This document shows, in pieces, positions 33,104 through 45,961 of a DNA stretch of 64,000 bases. A program made the position numbers and the translations under genes. The notes under the pieces are model-generated. The model worked only from the letters and a program-made list of their open reading frames with translations. It had not been told where the DNA came from and ran no database searches. The first letter of the stretch is position 1, and the number at the start of each line of letters is the position of its first letter. The stretch comes from Plasmodiophora brassicae (Eukaryota), in assembly GCA_036867785.1 (NCBI GenBank), contig CP145413.1, positions 1,116,001 to 1,180,000 of the forward strand, read 5' to 3'.

Positions 33104-36100
33104 ATGGGCGTCGTCGTTTCTCGCGTGGCGGCGGCCACGGTCGACTGGCTATATCCTGGTCTGGCGATCGGTCGTCGGAACCGTGGACTCGACTGAGCAT
33201 CCTGTGGCACAGGCATTTCGTTCGGGAGGCTACACTGGCAGTTCGATGGTAAGGGGCCGTTGACCCGGGCGTCATGTGTATTCACGGTGGTCAGGCCCGT
33301 TGACGCTATACGATGTTACCCTTCCTTTACCGATTCTACTAGCCGAGCTGCACGATAACGGCATATTGTCCAAGATTGCTGGCCGTTGTTCTATTGGGTG
33401 TATCACCGTTGAAGCACCTTCATTGTGGAAATTCTGGGAACCCCCTCGAAAGGTCTTGCTGGACGACGTCCTCGTTGTTATCGAGGATCTCAGCACTGCC
33501 TCTGATAGCTCTCATTGGTTGGAGAAAAGTGAGGCTCATGACTTCCTTCTCTTACGCTTGGCCGACGTTCTCAATGGGCGCAGTGCTCTGTACCTATCTG
33601 ACCTCTCTCTTCGGTATTCATGTCGCCCGGCGAAGTGCACAACTACAGTCACCGCTTCGGCGCTGACGTCGCTGAGTGATAACGTCTCCTTATCCCAACT
33701 AGCACTCCATCTGTCCGGCTTCGAATCGCCTATTGTCTCGATGGCAGCTGTCAGCTTTTCATTCGGTGCATCATCAGACAGGCCGCACACGTTATCTATT
33801 GATTTCGTAAATGTGGACGCCGCCGATCGGCAACTGCATGTGTTAGAACAAGCGGCACGCTGTTGGTACGAGGCCAATGTTAACTCTCGACGTGCGGACG
33901 GTCTGCTGCAACCGTGTAAAACGGCAAAAGACCGCTGGCTGTACGCGTCAGATCAGGTCATGAAGCAACTCCATAATGCCCACGTGCACTCTGTTGCCTC
34001 CGATGATTTCTGGATGCTGTTCGTCAAAACTTGGAGATGGAAAGAACGCTGTGTTTACCTTAATGAGCGTTTGCACAATCGTCTCATCGTGGACGATCCG
34101 CTGTCGAAGGCGGAGGAAGCCGAACTCGCGAGGTTGCTGGAGAGAATTCCATCGCGATGGATACGCAAGTACCGTTTAACGTCCAAGTACGGCACCACAG
34201 CGTCTATCGAGGATGAGGACGACGATCACGACCGAACCCGCAACTCCGTTTGCTCTCGGGTTATGTCCCGGTTGCGTTTCGAGAAGGACGAAGGCGACGT
34301 CGCTTCGGATTTCGATGATTGTCACACGCCCAGAGCCTCGAGCGACATGTTTGCTTTGAACGCAATATTCCAACCGCTTTTAACGGAGCATTCGTTAGTC
34401 ATCATTTCCAATCGAAGCCTTGTCGCATACGCGTCCGATATCGACAGATGCGATGTGTGTCTTACAATGACACAAGTGACCATGTCCGGTATCCGGGATG
34501 TTAGCGTATCAGTTGAAACTAAAGTCGGTCATGTCGAATTCCACCCCTTGCTGGACACTGCAGGTTGTCCGGTGCTGTCGAGATTAAATGGACTTGACGT
34601 ATGTCCAACGCTGCGCGGCTCGTACTCTGCTGGACAATACGATCTCGAACTGTGCAACGCAAGTGTGACGTACTGCAAAGCGTTCTCCGACTTTGCCCTT
34701 CAAGCTTGGGCGCACATATATGGCTGTTCGTTCAAGAGAGAGCTGTTGGTTCCTGTCGGAGGGCAACAGCAGCAACGGGGGACTGGATTGGGCTTCTGTC
34801 TCAGCCTTGAAAATGTTGAAGTATCAACTTCTGGTGTTGAACCTGGCCCGAGTTTGATTATTCAGTCGGTGGCTCTGGTTGCTCAGTTGTTTAAGGATTC
34901 CAGTGACTCCTTTCATGAGCACGCAGGAAATGTTAAATTTAACTGTATGCGCCTTCGACCCGATGCCACTTCGTCAGCCGTTCATTTCGGGAGTTGCGAA
35001 CTCGACTTTACAGCCCGAACCCCTGGATATCTTGCTGAACACTGTACGTGTAAATACTCCATAGCCCTTTCTGAGTGCTCCATGTTCTCTCTGGGAACGT
35101 TTATTCTGTTTTACCGGCGCCTGATCTACGACAGTTCTGGGAGCGCTGTCAGTGTAGTGTGTCCAGGGCTCCATCTTTTCGTCGGGGAAACACCCTTGTC
35201 TCCGTCGCTCCGATTCTGCTCTCTTACATGCTCTCTTGACAACGAAGATCTGAATCTGATACTTAACGCCGACTCTGTTGCTGTGGACTGTTTGGAATCT
35301 CTGGGGGGTTCCATGCACGCTAAAGAGTTCGAAGCGTTTTGTCATCAGGCCGAATCTGGTGTCTACCAGATTGACGTGATTGTCGACGAAGGTGCTGCCC
35401 GGCTCTGTCCTACGCTGGACTGTAGCGCCGATTCTGCTATCAGCCTATTCGAATCCCATGTGCTGTCCTTGTTCAGGATCCAATGCTTAGGCTGCGAATA
35501 CCGGATCGATTCCTCGGCATTCTCTTTGGATTTCGCTGACGCTGAAAGGAAGCCGCTGGCATTGGTGCAGCTTAGAGACGTGTCCTTCAACTTCAAACAT
35601 AGCGCTCCCGAGTTAAACGATACCTTGACCCTAACGAATGCTATTATAGACGTTAATTCTGTCACTATCGCCAACACGAGTGCCACTGGGGGTGTGGAGC
35701 CATACATTCCTGTTGTGTTTACCTCTGGCTCACCCTCTAATGTTTCAACGGATACCCGATCTTTGCGGGTCTGCTTTGAAAGGGATTCTCTTGTCATCCA
35801 GCCCCAGTGCTTGGCCATAAACATGCAGTCGAAGCTCTGGATGGATTCGTTTCTTAACTTGTTCTCCTCTTCTGTCGCGACATTTCTTTTCCCTGTACTT
35901 ATAACTGGACAAAACCTCACTGTTTCCGTACCTCTTGATGGGGGCAGTGAAACGTTCCTCGACGCCTTAGATGTCTCCTGCCAGTCATTAGAGGTACGAC
36001 ATTGTGTGGGGCACAGCACTGACTTTTCCGTCTCTGGACTCATCGTCGGTTCGGGATTCCAGTTCGCGAAGGTGTCTGGAAGTTTCTCACGCGCTTCGAG

Positions 36101-39100
36101 TCCAATTCTGAAAGTGGATTCTCCGCTAATGGTTATTTCATCAATTCCCTCCAAATTTGTTTGTCCGTCTCCGAGCTTGTTTGGTGAAACCTGGACTACT
36201 GCTCTTCGTAATACTGACGTTGACATCTCAATTGCCTTTGTAACAGCGAAATCGGAGAGCATGTATGCGACTGCGTACAACTGCAAATTCATATTGAATC
36301 ATTCCCATGAAAGCAATAACTGGGCTTCGGTTTCGGTTTTGTCCACAGAAGTGTCAGTCATGGATTCGGTTCGTGGCGAACCCGTTCTGTCTTGCGTTGC
36401 TTCTTCCGAACCGCTTCGCGTCAAAGAGGGTGTTGCGGACGAAATCCCGTCGCTGATGCCTTGCTTTAGAGTCGAGTTGTGTGTCAATGACACATTGACT
36501 TTGCGTTCTGCGCTGGTCCGTGTTGGCCACGTGAAAGGTGATGCACCTTCCGGTCACCAAAGCTTCAAGGTATGCGTCCCTGAATCTCATCAGTATGAAG
36601 CCTGGGCGAATTGGGTCATCGGGTTTACCAAGCGGCTGTCTTTGGAAGTTGTATCTGTTGAGCTTCGCTTCGGGCCCGTTCTTCGCGTTGCAGACTTCAA
36701 ATATTCGCTCTGCAACTCAGACGCGTTTCACGTGATCAACTGGTCTATGACTTGGTCAATGCTGCACCTTGGGGCATGGGTTGATTTTGTCGAGGTGGAT
36801 GCTGGTCGCGCGTCTCTCTCATACGCTGCTGAGACTCGGCATGTCGCTGTTGAATTACGTGATTTCTTGACTGTCGTATGTTCTCCCGCGATGATCGCAT
36901 CAATTTCATTGTCCACTTTTGCTCAAGACCTTTTGAAGCTCTCAGACATGCCACAATTGTCGAGATTACACGCCGAGTTGAGCCTAACGGAGTCGTCTTT
37001 CGTGATCGTTGACAGCTTTCAAGGGAGGAAATCGCCGCTCCTCCGGGCTTCGTTACCGTCGTCAAGAGTGCACATGTATCCGCCTTTGATGTATTCTGCT
37101 TTGATGGATGTGTGTATCGATGTGTATCGCCCTTCAACGGATTCTTGGGAACCAGCGCTTGAAAGTGTCGCCATCAAGATGAACAAGGAACCCAAACCTA
37201 ATACGCCAAACGGTATTACGTACCAAGTTGTCACTTCAAGTCCGCTGGAGATGACGTTGACGCCTGGTCACGTGAATCAGATTCGTCGGTTTGGAGGGCA
37301 ATTATCAAGCTCTAATGACAGCGTCGATATTGACCGGCTGTCGGTAGTACCTGTCACTGTGTGTAATCTTCTTGGACTTGACATATGCATTCATTTCGGG
37401 CATGACGATTTCGATATTCCTTCTGGCAATACGTTTACCGCTCACATGCCAGCCGATTTCTCACCAGGCGTTGGATTATCGAAGCCGTATATGATTGGCC
37501 TTTCGTTCCCAGATGATGCAACCATCCATGACTTCGCCGTTAACGTAGCGGGGGAGACCGTGTGTCATCTGTCCAACGGTTGGATGGTCGTTTGCGATTC
37601 GTCGATCCGTGACGACGTACATGACATCACGTTTCATTCGCGCATGAAGGTTCACAACATGACCAACCTTCCTGTGGACGTCTTATTTACTATGTCGGAA
37701 TCAGTTACAAGTGCAAAGGACCTATCAGGTTTCTTTGGTCAGGTTAATTCTGATGGGCATTTGTGGGTTCCGATTGCTAGCAGCAGATGCGATCGCATTC
37801 AGGTACGGCAGCGAAACTACCAGTTCAGCTCGCCGTCGAGAGTGGGCGCTGTTCCTGCTGACCGCCGAAAGTCTGAGAAATGCGAGCACCTGATGTCTAT
37901 ATATGCGACGATGCGTCCCGAATCGGGCGGTATCGCCGAATCTCGTCGGCTAGTTGTATGCACGACCATAGATCCCAAGAGTGTTACTTGCGAGGTCCTA
38001 ATCAAACCTGTCTTCCTTATTGAAAATCTTACTCTGCTACCTGTACTCTATCGACTAACGGCGACGTTTGAGGGACAGTCGGCCTCCAACACTATCCTAA
38101 CGGAGGGTAGCATTAACCGCGCTGCATCTCTGCAGCTGTTCTCTGCACGGACGAGTTTCCGGTTACAGTTTCAGTATCCTGGCTGCTCTTGGTCTGACGC
38201 AGTGGACTGCGCTTGCGACAGCAGTTCGCTTCGAAATTGTCCTGACACGATTGCTTACATTCCGATTCGCGGTGCAGTATCACTCAATCAACTGGAGAAT
38301 CGAAACAATTCGTCGTCGCTGTTCGGCATGTCGACAGGTGATGATGAGCCTCCAGTACAGTTCACGCTGTGCTTCCGTACGACCATTGAACAGGGCTTGA
38401 GCCAGCATGCTGCGCTGTTCGCGCCGATCTGGGTAATCAATCGTTTATCGTCAGCAATTGAGTATAAAGAAGGCGGAGGCCCAACCGTCGTATCGCGCGT
38501 CGAACCTGGACCGAACCCTAGCATGGTGTCCCATGTCAGCAACAATACGGCGAACGTGCGAATCCCTTCGTTTTCGGCTAACTGGTCGTCGCCTTTGCCG
38601 ATCCTTTCAGGAGATCCTCTTCTACCGTTAGTTCTTGAATTCGGCCAGAACAAAAAGACAACAGACCTCGACACCGAAGATGACAGAGACAGCCAAGCCG
38701 AGAGCGAAGACACTTCTCGTTCTCCAAGCAGCCACCGGCATTGTCTGCCAAGCGTCGTGACTCTCATCCGACCTGCGCCACCTCCGTTCGACACCCACAC
38801 GAAGATCGTGACGCTAAGCGCGCAGTACTTCATCTGCAATCGTTTACCTGTCACTTTACGTGTCAGGCAGCCTGATTCTGATACGGAATTTAGTATCGCC
38901 CCAGGGGAGATGTTTGGGGACGTACTTTGGGAAGCCGGATTACCTAAAGTCGTTGCATGCGCAGCTGGACCGTCTGGGTGGACATCCCCTTTCGAAATTT
39001 CTTTCTGTGACGCACTTGACCTTCATCTACCTGGTAACAACAGTGTGCTCCCGGTGCCTTGGCTGCATGTTGACATTCAGGGTAGTAATGCCAACTCCAC

Positions 39101-42100
39101 AGTGTTCGCTGTCGTTTCTATCGCCAATCCGAACGTTGCACCTGCAGAGTTCGAAAACGCGACTCCTTTTGATGTCGTATTAGAGCATGAGGATTCCGCG
39201 ACATTTCGTGCCGTCGTCCCGAAGCGCTCTGTGGCGGCTTTCAGTTGGTCGGATCCTGTTTCACGCCTGGTTCGAATACGTTTGGATGGCGATCTTACTC
39301 ACACCGTTGACCTGAATGACGAGTCCATGTCGGCAGTCGTACGCATTGGAAAGTTCGAAGGTCGTAACGTATACGCTTTATCCTCAGTATCCGGCTCGGC
39401 AAACGTTATTCGCCTTGTTGATTGTGATGCCGATGATGGTCCGAGTACGACGCTTATGGAACCTCGTGAAAATTGCATCGGATTCGCGGGTCGAACCCTC
39501 TCGCACGTGATCTCATCTTTTCAGTCACGTATCGAGCTACTTTACGTCGGTGGAAAACCTTTACTGCAGTCGCTGCGAATATCGAGACTTCGCCTTGTCC
39601 CGAGCAGTAATGAAGAAAGTTGCCAGCCGAACGATACCGTGATGGTCCTCATCGTCAAGTCGTCCGTTTTCGAATACGCTGTTCGCTTTGACCGCGAGGA
39701 CGCTGCACTTGGCACACTCGACGTCCTGTTCGACCGTCAGGCTGATCCAGCGCTAGCTTTATGTGCACACCGAGTCGATAATGGTGCTCTTCTGTGGAAA
39801 TGCGGTATACCGAGTTCCTCCACGGGTGCTGTTGGGGAACAATGCTCTCCCGTGTTTGATGCTCATGGATCTCGTATTGGCCAGCTGCTCTATTCTGCTG
39901 AGCTGTTTGCAAACAGCACTGGAATTGTTAGACAGTTCGTCGAACAGGTTGGCCGTTCGCTGAGGGATCTCGTGTCTTTTGTCGAAGGCGAACGCCAACG
40001 CGCCTTTCAAGAATTCCTGGCATCGCGATGTTCGGGTATTCTCCCGGCAACAGCTAGCGACAGTGTTGGCCTTCCGCAGCCTCAAAGAACTTCGGTTCCC
40101 GGAATATTTGGACAGTTCGAACTTGGCATAATTGCTGCTGAAGCGCTTTCGCCTGCCCCCATATCCTGCTTTGCTTCCGTTCGTTACATGGAAGCACATG
40201 CGGCCGTCCACACGTTTGTTTGCAGTCCAACAACCACACCTATGTGGAACATAGTCCACGCGTTCCCTGTCCCGGATTGGTCGGCTCTGAATGCGCCCGT
40301 GCAGGTCACCATCCAGGAGGATGGCAATCCGAATGTGCTTGGTTCAGTTGAGTTCTCCCCGTCTTTGTTTGTTGAGTATCCCATCTTCCATACCGCTCGT
40401 CAATGGGTTGCTATCCCAAACAGCAATGGGCGCGTCTTGCTGCAGTTCCGGTGGACCAGTAAATGCAACGAGATTAGTGAGACGAAGTGCACTGGCATTT
40501 CGGTCCAGGTCTGTGTCGATTATTGCGGTGTATCCATTGTGGATTCTGCATCGGCGGTGGAACTAGCCCATGTTTCTGCACGCTTTTTGGTTGCCTCCCT
40601 CGACATAGCTGAACAAGAACGGGAACATTCATCCATCTGGTTCAGTATCTCTGACGTTCAGGTTGACACCCCTGATTCGGTCGCTGTTGATTCGCATTGG
40701 GCGAAGTGGGACGTTCCGACGCCAGTCCTGCGATTCAGTGCTGTCTGGAATTATTCTATGCCGCCTGCTGCTGTCCAGTATGCCAGCTTGGCCTTTCATG
40801 AGGTCACCGTGAACCTTGACGTCGGCTGGATGTGTGCCGTTATTACCACCTTCGACGATGTGTTCCTAGATCACCGTCATCCCGCTATTATCGATGGTTC
40901 CCAACCGGATGGCAGCGTTCTGCCGATGCCACTGTCATCTAATACGTCACTTACTGTTCGAGAATTTCATCTGTCCCCCATTTCTGTATCAGTTACGATT
41001 CTGGAGACAGGAAATTTCAGGGGTTCCCTTGGTTCGAATTCCAACCACGCGCGGCTTTCGCGTTTCAAAACGAACAACAGCGGTTCAAAGTTGATCACCG
41101 TCGATGGTCTGATCTTGAGCGGTGTCTCTGGCCCACTCGATCGTCTAGTGCATCGCCTACGACGACATATCGAGATGCAGGTGCTATCCGCTTTCGAAGA
41201 CCAAATGGCAGTCGTCCCGCAGTGGCCTCCTGACCAGGCCCAATGCGTGCAATGGGTGCCTCCGATCCTACCGCCAGGTTGTATTATATCCGGTCATAAC
41301 GCTCCACCGTCGTTCCCGGGTGCTGTTGCCAGCGGCCTTCGGAACAGCCTGCTACGGCAGGCGTCATCCCGTTCTGTATCCCCAGCTGGTATTTCAGCAG
41401 CAACAACTCGCGTGCATAGCATGCTGGCAATACCCCAGGGGCAAATGATGAACCAGCTCAAACGCGAGCTGGGTAAGGCAAAGCAGAACCTGAAGGCTAT
41501 TCCGAAAACAGCACGTGAACGACTATCTCTTGTTCCTGCTAGCTTAACGCGCCGAGGACATCCGGGGGTCATCTACAACGTACCATTGAAGCCCGAACCT
41601 CAGGGTTGCTTCGCTTCAGTTGCAGAGGAATCTGTCGGCGAGTTTGGTGCTGCTTCGAAACCGATGTTCTATTTCACGTCTGTCGGTGAGCCATGCGATA
41701 TGCCAGTGAAGGTCACCGGAAGCATGTCGCCCGTGTTCCAGATGGCCCGCGTTCCAAGGGCGTTCTACAATCAGTTCGGCAGCATCCGACCCTATGACCT
41801 GAGGGACGCTCTGGCATGTTTAGCTCTTCGCCAGAATGTGCCCGCTGGCCAGAACGAAGCCTTTGTCAGTCATGTCGCTTTTGCTGGTTCGAACTACGTT
41901 CTGCTTTGCAGCACCCAACGCATCATTCTTTGCAAGCTGACACCGACTCGTTCGGAGACCTGTTGGTTCATTCTCCTGCGGAATATCATCGTTGCCCACG
42001 TCACCGCCGGCCAACTCGTTATCAAAGCCAACGACAATCACGGTTTCCTAGATGCTTCGGGCATCGCGACATTCAGTACTGACAACGAAGTCGCCTTTGC

Positions 42101-44393
42101 GGTCGCATCAATTGAACCACGTGGTAAACTTGATGGGCCAGCCCAGGCGTCAGCGTTCGTCGAAGACGCCATGCGCTGTCGATCCATTCAAATATCAACC
42201 TATCCTGCTGCGACACAAACAGTGCTCCCCTATTCTTCATCAATCCTGGATGGGGTCCAGCGGCTTGAACCGAAATCACCAGGCGACACTGCGCCGTCGT
42301 TGCCGTCAGATCCACATGATCGACGGGACTTCCTTGAGCATGCGCTGTCAACCCGCGTCATTGAGCTAGGTGATGCGAGCATTGTGGACTTGCTACGACA
42401 GAGCCAGCTAGATTACCAGCGAAACGTTGTCGACGAAGCTCTCGTCGTCACGCTGTTGGGTATCCAGGGCCTTGACACTGATTCCGCCTCCAATGTGCCG
42501 TCACCTGCTGAGAGCATATTCGTCGAGCTGAAATCGGGCAACGGAGACGTTCGGCGTTCGTCCGTTGTCAAACGATCCAACGAAGGTTCTGCCGTATTCG
42601 AGGAAGAAGGCGGTGAACTGCGTTTTCCGGCAACTGGTTTCGGGACCGACTTTAAGGTCAAATTGTATTCCAAGAAGCACATTGGGGACGTCCTCCTCGC
42701 CGAAGGTGTCCTTGAGGTTCGCAACCTGGACTTTGACGTTGCCTATGATCGCACTTGTGTCGCAACTGGGAAATCGTCCTCGGCGAGCGTGCATCTGACT
42801 GTCCAGTGGCGGAATCAACGATTCGAGGATATCGGCAAGGCGATTGCCGACTGTGAACGACGCCACAGTCTTCTTCAGCGCCAGATCCAATGTTTGCGGT
42901 CGGCGCTATCGGATGGCGTCTCTAGCAGCCAGGTCAAGGAGCAGGAATGTGGTGCCGTTATGGAAGCACTCCATGACCGTATGCGCGAGATACACGTGGC
43001 GATGTCGATGATAGAGAGGCGGAACCGTGCTGGCGGAGGTCCAATCCGGCTGCAGATCCAGGGCGCACGCGGATTCGACGACTTGGACGCTGCCCAGTGC
43101 AGCATATCTGTCAACAAGATCCAGCATCGGTTTGACATCAAGCGCGATGGCACGCTGCAGGAGATTAACGAACTCCTGCGAGTTGACGCGCCGGTTCGAA
43201 CTTCGGATCGCATTAAGGTGAAAGTGACGTCGGGGAAGCAAGGTGCGGCCTGGAAGACCGCGTTCCCACTCGAGGCGCTGTTCGCCGACTCTGGTGCCGG
43301 TCCTGACGGTTCAACGGACCCGTCCGTCCACAGCGCCTGGATTGACATCTACAACGTCGACAAGACCGCCACCATCGGTAGTGTCTTCATCGTGGGGAAT
43401 TACATCAGCGACCGCTCGGCGCTACTCGAGGACGAATTACACTCGACGAGCCGCGACCTCGCTCTGTTCGAGTCCATTAAGTCGGCTGCCGAGTCGGAGC
43501 GCGGTGAAAGACAGGCGCAAGGTCAGCCGGGGGCGGAACCCGCTCCACGTACAGCCGCCGCCGAAGAGGGTCAAGCAGTCGACCCTCCCGCAGATGGCGA
43601 CCGCGATCACGTAACCGCCGCCCAGGTCGAAGCGAGCCCAGTGCCGAAGGCGGGGACGGCTGTCGATGTGCCAGCGGTTCCATCCCCTGCACCACCTGCA
43701 ATCGCCAAACCTACGACCGTCTGCGTCGCCGTGCAGACGGTCGACGTCGAAACGGACGAGGCATTCAGGGATCGCGACCGGCAGCTTCGCCTTCGTCTGC
43801 ACATGGAGATGGGGCATCGGCGTCAAAGGAAGGTGTTCGATGGCGAATTGCAATCCCTGAGCGCGACCCTCAAACGGCAGGCTGCCGAGCTGGAGGGCGC
43901 ACGTGGCCTGGCACGCTCCGCCAGGCTGAAGCTGGAAGCCGCCCATCACGAGATTCAGTTCTACCGGAAGCGGTTCGATGCATTCGCCGACAGCAAGAAC
44001 GCGGAGGTGTCCGCCCTGCAAGCGGAAGCGGCCGCCAAGGACGAGCAGTGCGTGCGCCTGATGGAGACGCTGAAGGACCTCGAGCGGAGGCACGGCCAGC
44101 TCCTCGCCCAGGTCGACAACGAGGCGTCGCTGAGGTCGCTGTCCTCGCGCATCGAACGAAGCGTCCTGCAATCGGACCGGGTCCACAGCGCGCTGGACGC
44201 TCTCCAGGACGACTTCGACAAGGTCGTCGTGAGCGAGGGCACACTGAAGAGCCGCGTCTCTGCACTGCGGGCCGAGCTGGCCGACGCCACAGCCGCCAAT
44301 GCGGGCCTGCTGCGCCTGCTGGCCTGCGAACAGGCGCGAACGCTCAAGGACGTCGCCGCGTTCGTGCGCACCGTCTCCAGGAAGCCCTGCTGA
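33104..44393 (+). CDS. VPS13: VPS13-family bridge-like lipid transfer protein with C2 domains and a C-terminal coiled coil (~3700 aa; short 5' exons then one ~11-kb exon)
   Basis: Chorein_N-like GRCSIGCITVEAPSLWKFWEPPRKVLLDDVLVV; WEPALES; VAB repeats (KVHNMTNLPV, PVFLIENLTLLP, FAPIWVINR, TKIVTLSAQYFICNRL); GVSIVD..ELAHVS; RVPRAFY..IRPYD. The start is approximate. Confidence 0.82.
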
Positions 44394-44494
44394 GCCGCAC
44401 GATGACCTGTGTTTAATATAATACCGTTATCGAGGCGACTGCTGGATAGATGAGCGCTGTGCCAATTTATCGGGGATGTGGATCGTTCTACCTG

Positions 44495-45685
44495 CTAGGG
44501 GAAGCCCACATGTGCATTGCGCGCATCGATAAAGATGAACTGGGAGGGCTTCTCGGCGTGCATGGCCAGCGCCTCGTGCATGGCCCGCGAAATGACGCAG
44601 CCCTTCTCGATGCACCCGTCCATGCCGACGTCGGCGTACCGCCGGCGATCCGCCTCGCTGCAGCTGGCCGTCAGGCCGAAGATGACGGATCGAGGGCGCC
44701 CGCCTCGCTGCTCGCCCTCGCGAATCATCCTGGTGGCCTCGCACCCGTCCAGGATCGGCAGCTGGACGTCCATCAAGATGACCGCGTACTGGTAGTCGCT
44801 GGCCATCTTGACGGCCGTCTCCCCGTCGGACGCCATGTCGCAGGCGTACCCGGACCGCTTCAGCGCCGCCTCCGTGATCTTCTGTGTGATCTTCAGGTCG
44901 TCGACCAGCAGCGCCCGGTTCTGCGGCGACGGCGGCCTGTTCACGATGAACGGCGGCGCGTTCGTCTGGGACGGCGCCGTCGTCGTTGCCGACCCTGCTG
45001 CGTCCGACGGCGCCCTGCCGTGCGACAGGCGGTCCTCCTTGGCGTCGTCGGTGTCCATGGCGCCCATGAAGATGTCGGGCAGGCTGTCCGGGTCGATGTG
45101 ATGCCGCCGTTTGATGCTCTGCACGTTCCTGGCGTTGATGAACACGAAATCCTGCAGGTTCTCCTTCGTGACCGCCAGCGCCTCGTGCATGGCCCGGGAC
45201 ACGATGCACCCCTTCTCGATGCAGCCGTCCATGCCCGCCTCGTTGTACCGCTCCAGGTCGGCATCCCGGCAGCTGCCCGTTAGGCCGTATATGATGGTGT
45301 GCGGCCGACGCCGCTCCCGTTCGTTCCTGCGGATCAGGACGGTGGCGTCGACGCCGTTCAGAACGGGCAGCTGGACGTCCATCAGGATGACCTGGTAATC
45401 GGTCTGGTTGGCCATCTCGACGGCCTGCTGCCCGTTGCTGGCCAGGTCGCACTGGTACCCGGCGCGATGCAGCGCTGCGGACGTGATCCGCTGCGTGATG
45501 ACGACGTCGTCGACCAGCAACGCGAGGCGCCTGCCGGACGCCGGGCCGGCGTGCGCCCGCGGTTTATGGTACAGGTCGACCTGGTCCGGGTCGCCGCAGA
45601 ACGCCGGGTCGACGACCGGCGACGCCGCCCGGCCCAGTGCGGGCGAGTGCGATTTCGCCGCCACCGATCGCAGCAGCGATGACAT
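44495..45685 (-). CDS. Stand-alone response regulator with two tandem receiver (REC) domains, intronless
   Basis: The pattern ALLVDD..ITQ, NG/DG..AV.MA, ILMDVQLP..G, GLT(G/A) and GMDGCIEKG occurs twice. TATAAAA lies ~45 nt upstream on the minus strand. Confidence 0.9.
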   Translation of the reverse strand: MSSLLRSVAAKSHSPALGRAASPVVDPAFCGDPDQVDLYHKPRAHAGPASGRRLALLVDDVVITQRITSAALHRAGYQCDLASNGQQAVEMANQTDYQVILMDVQLPVLNGVDATVLIRRNERERRRPHTIIYGLTGSCRDADLERYNEAGMDGCIEKGCIVSRAMHEALAVTKENLQDFVFINARNVQSIKRRHHIDPDSLPDIFMGAMDTDDAKEDRLSHGRAPSDAAGSATTTAPSQTNAPPFIVNRPPSPQNRALLVDDLKITQKITEAALKRSGYACDMASDGETAVKMASDYQYAVILMDVQLPILDGCEATRMIREGEQRGGRPRSVIFGLTASCSEADRRRYADVGMDGCIEKGCVISRAMHEALAMHAEKPSQFIFIDARNAHVGFP

Positions 45686-45961
45686 CGGTCGACCCAACGA
45701 CAATGGGCAGCGTGCAACCGTGGCGCAGTTTTATAATTAGGGCGCGCACATTCGGCGACTCCGTCGCCGACGACTTGACCCGACGGCGCGGCGCGGCCCG
45801 AGAGCTGCAGCGCGGCGGCGCGCAGTGCCCGCCCGCCCTCCGCCTCCTGCTCAGAGTGCTCACAGGGGGGCTCCGTGACTGTGCGGACGGACAAACCCCG
45901 ACCCGAGTGGTGACCATTGTCCCTTCGGATGTGCGGGCGGACAAACTCCGACCCGCGTGTG

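Noticed and set aside
44427-45452. Long overlapping alternative-frame and antisense ORFs in GC-rich genes (here, 43437..44186, 5346..6293, 57006..57923)
   Set aside because: These are shadow ORFs expected from high GC3 coding sequence, with no independent motifs.
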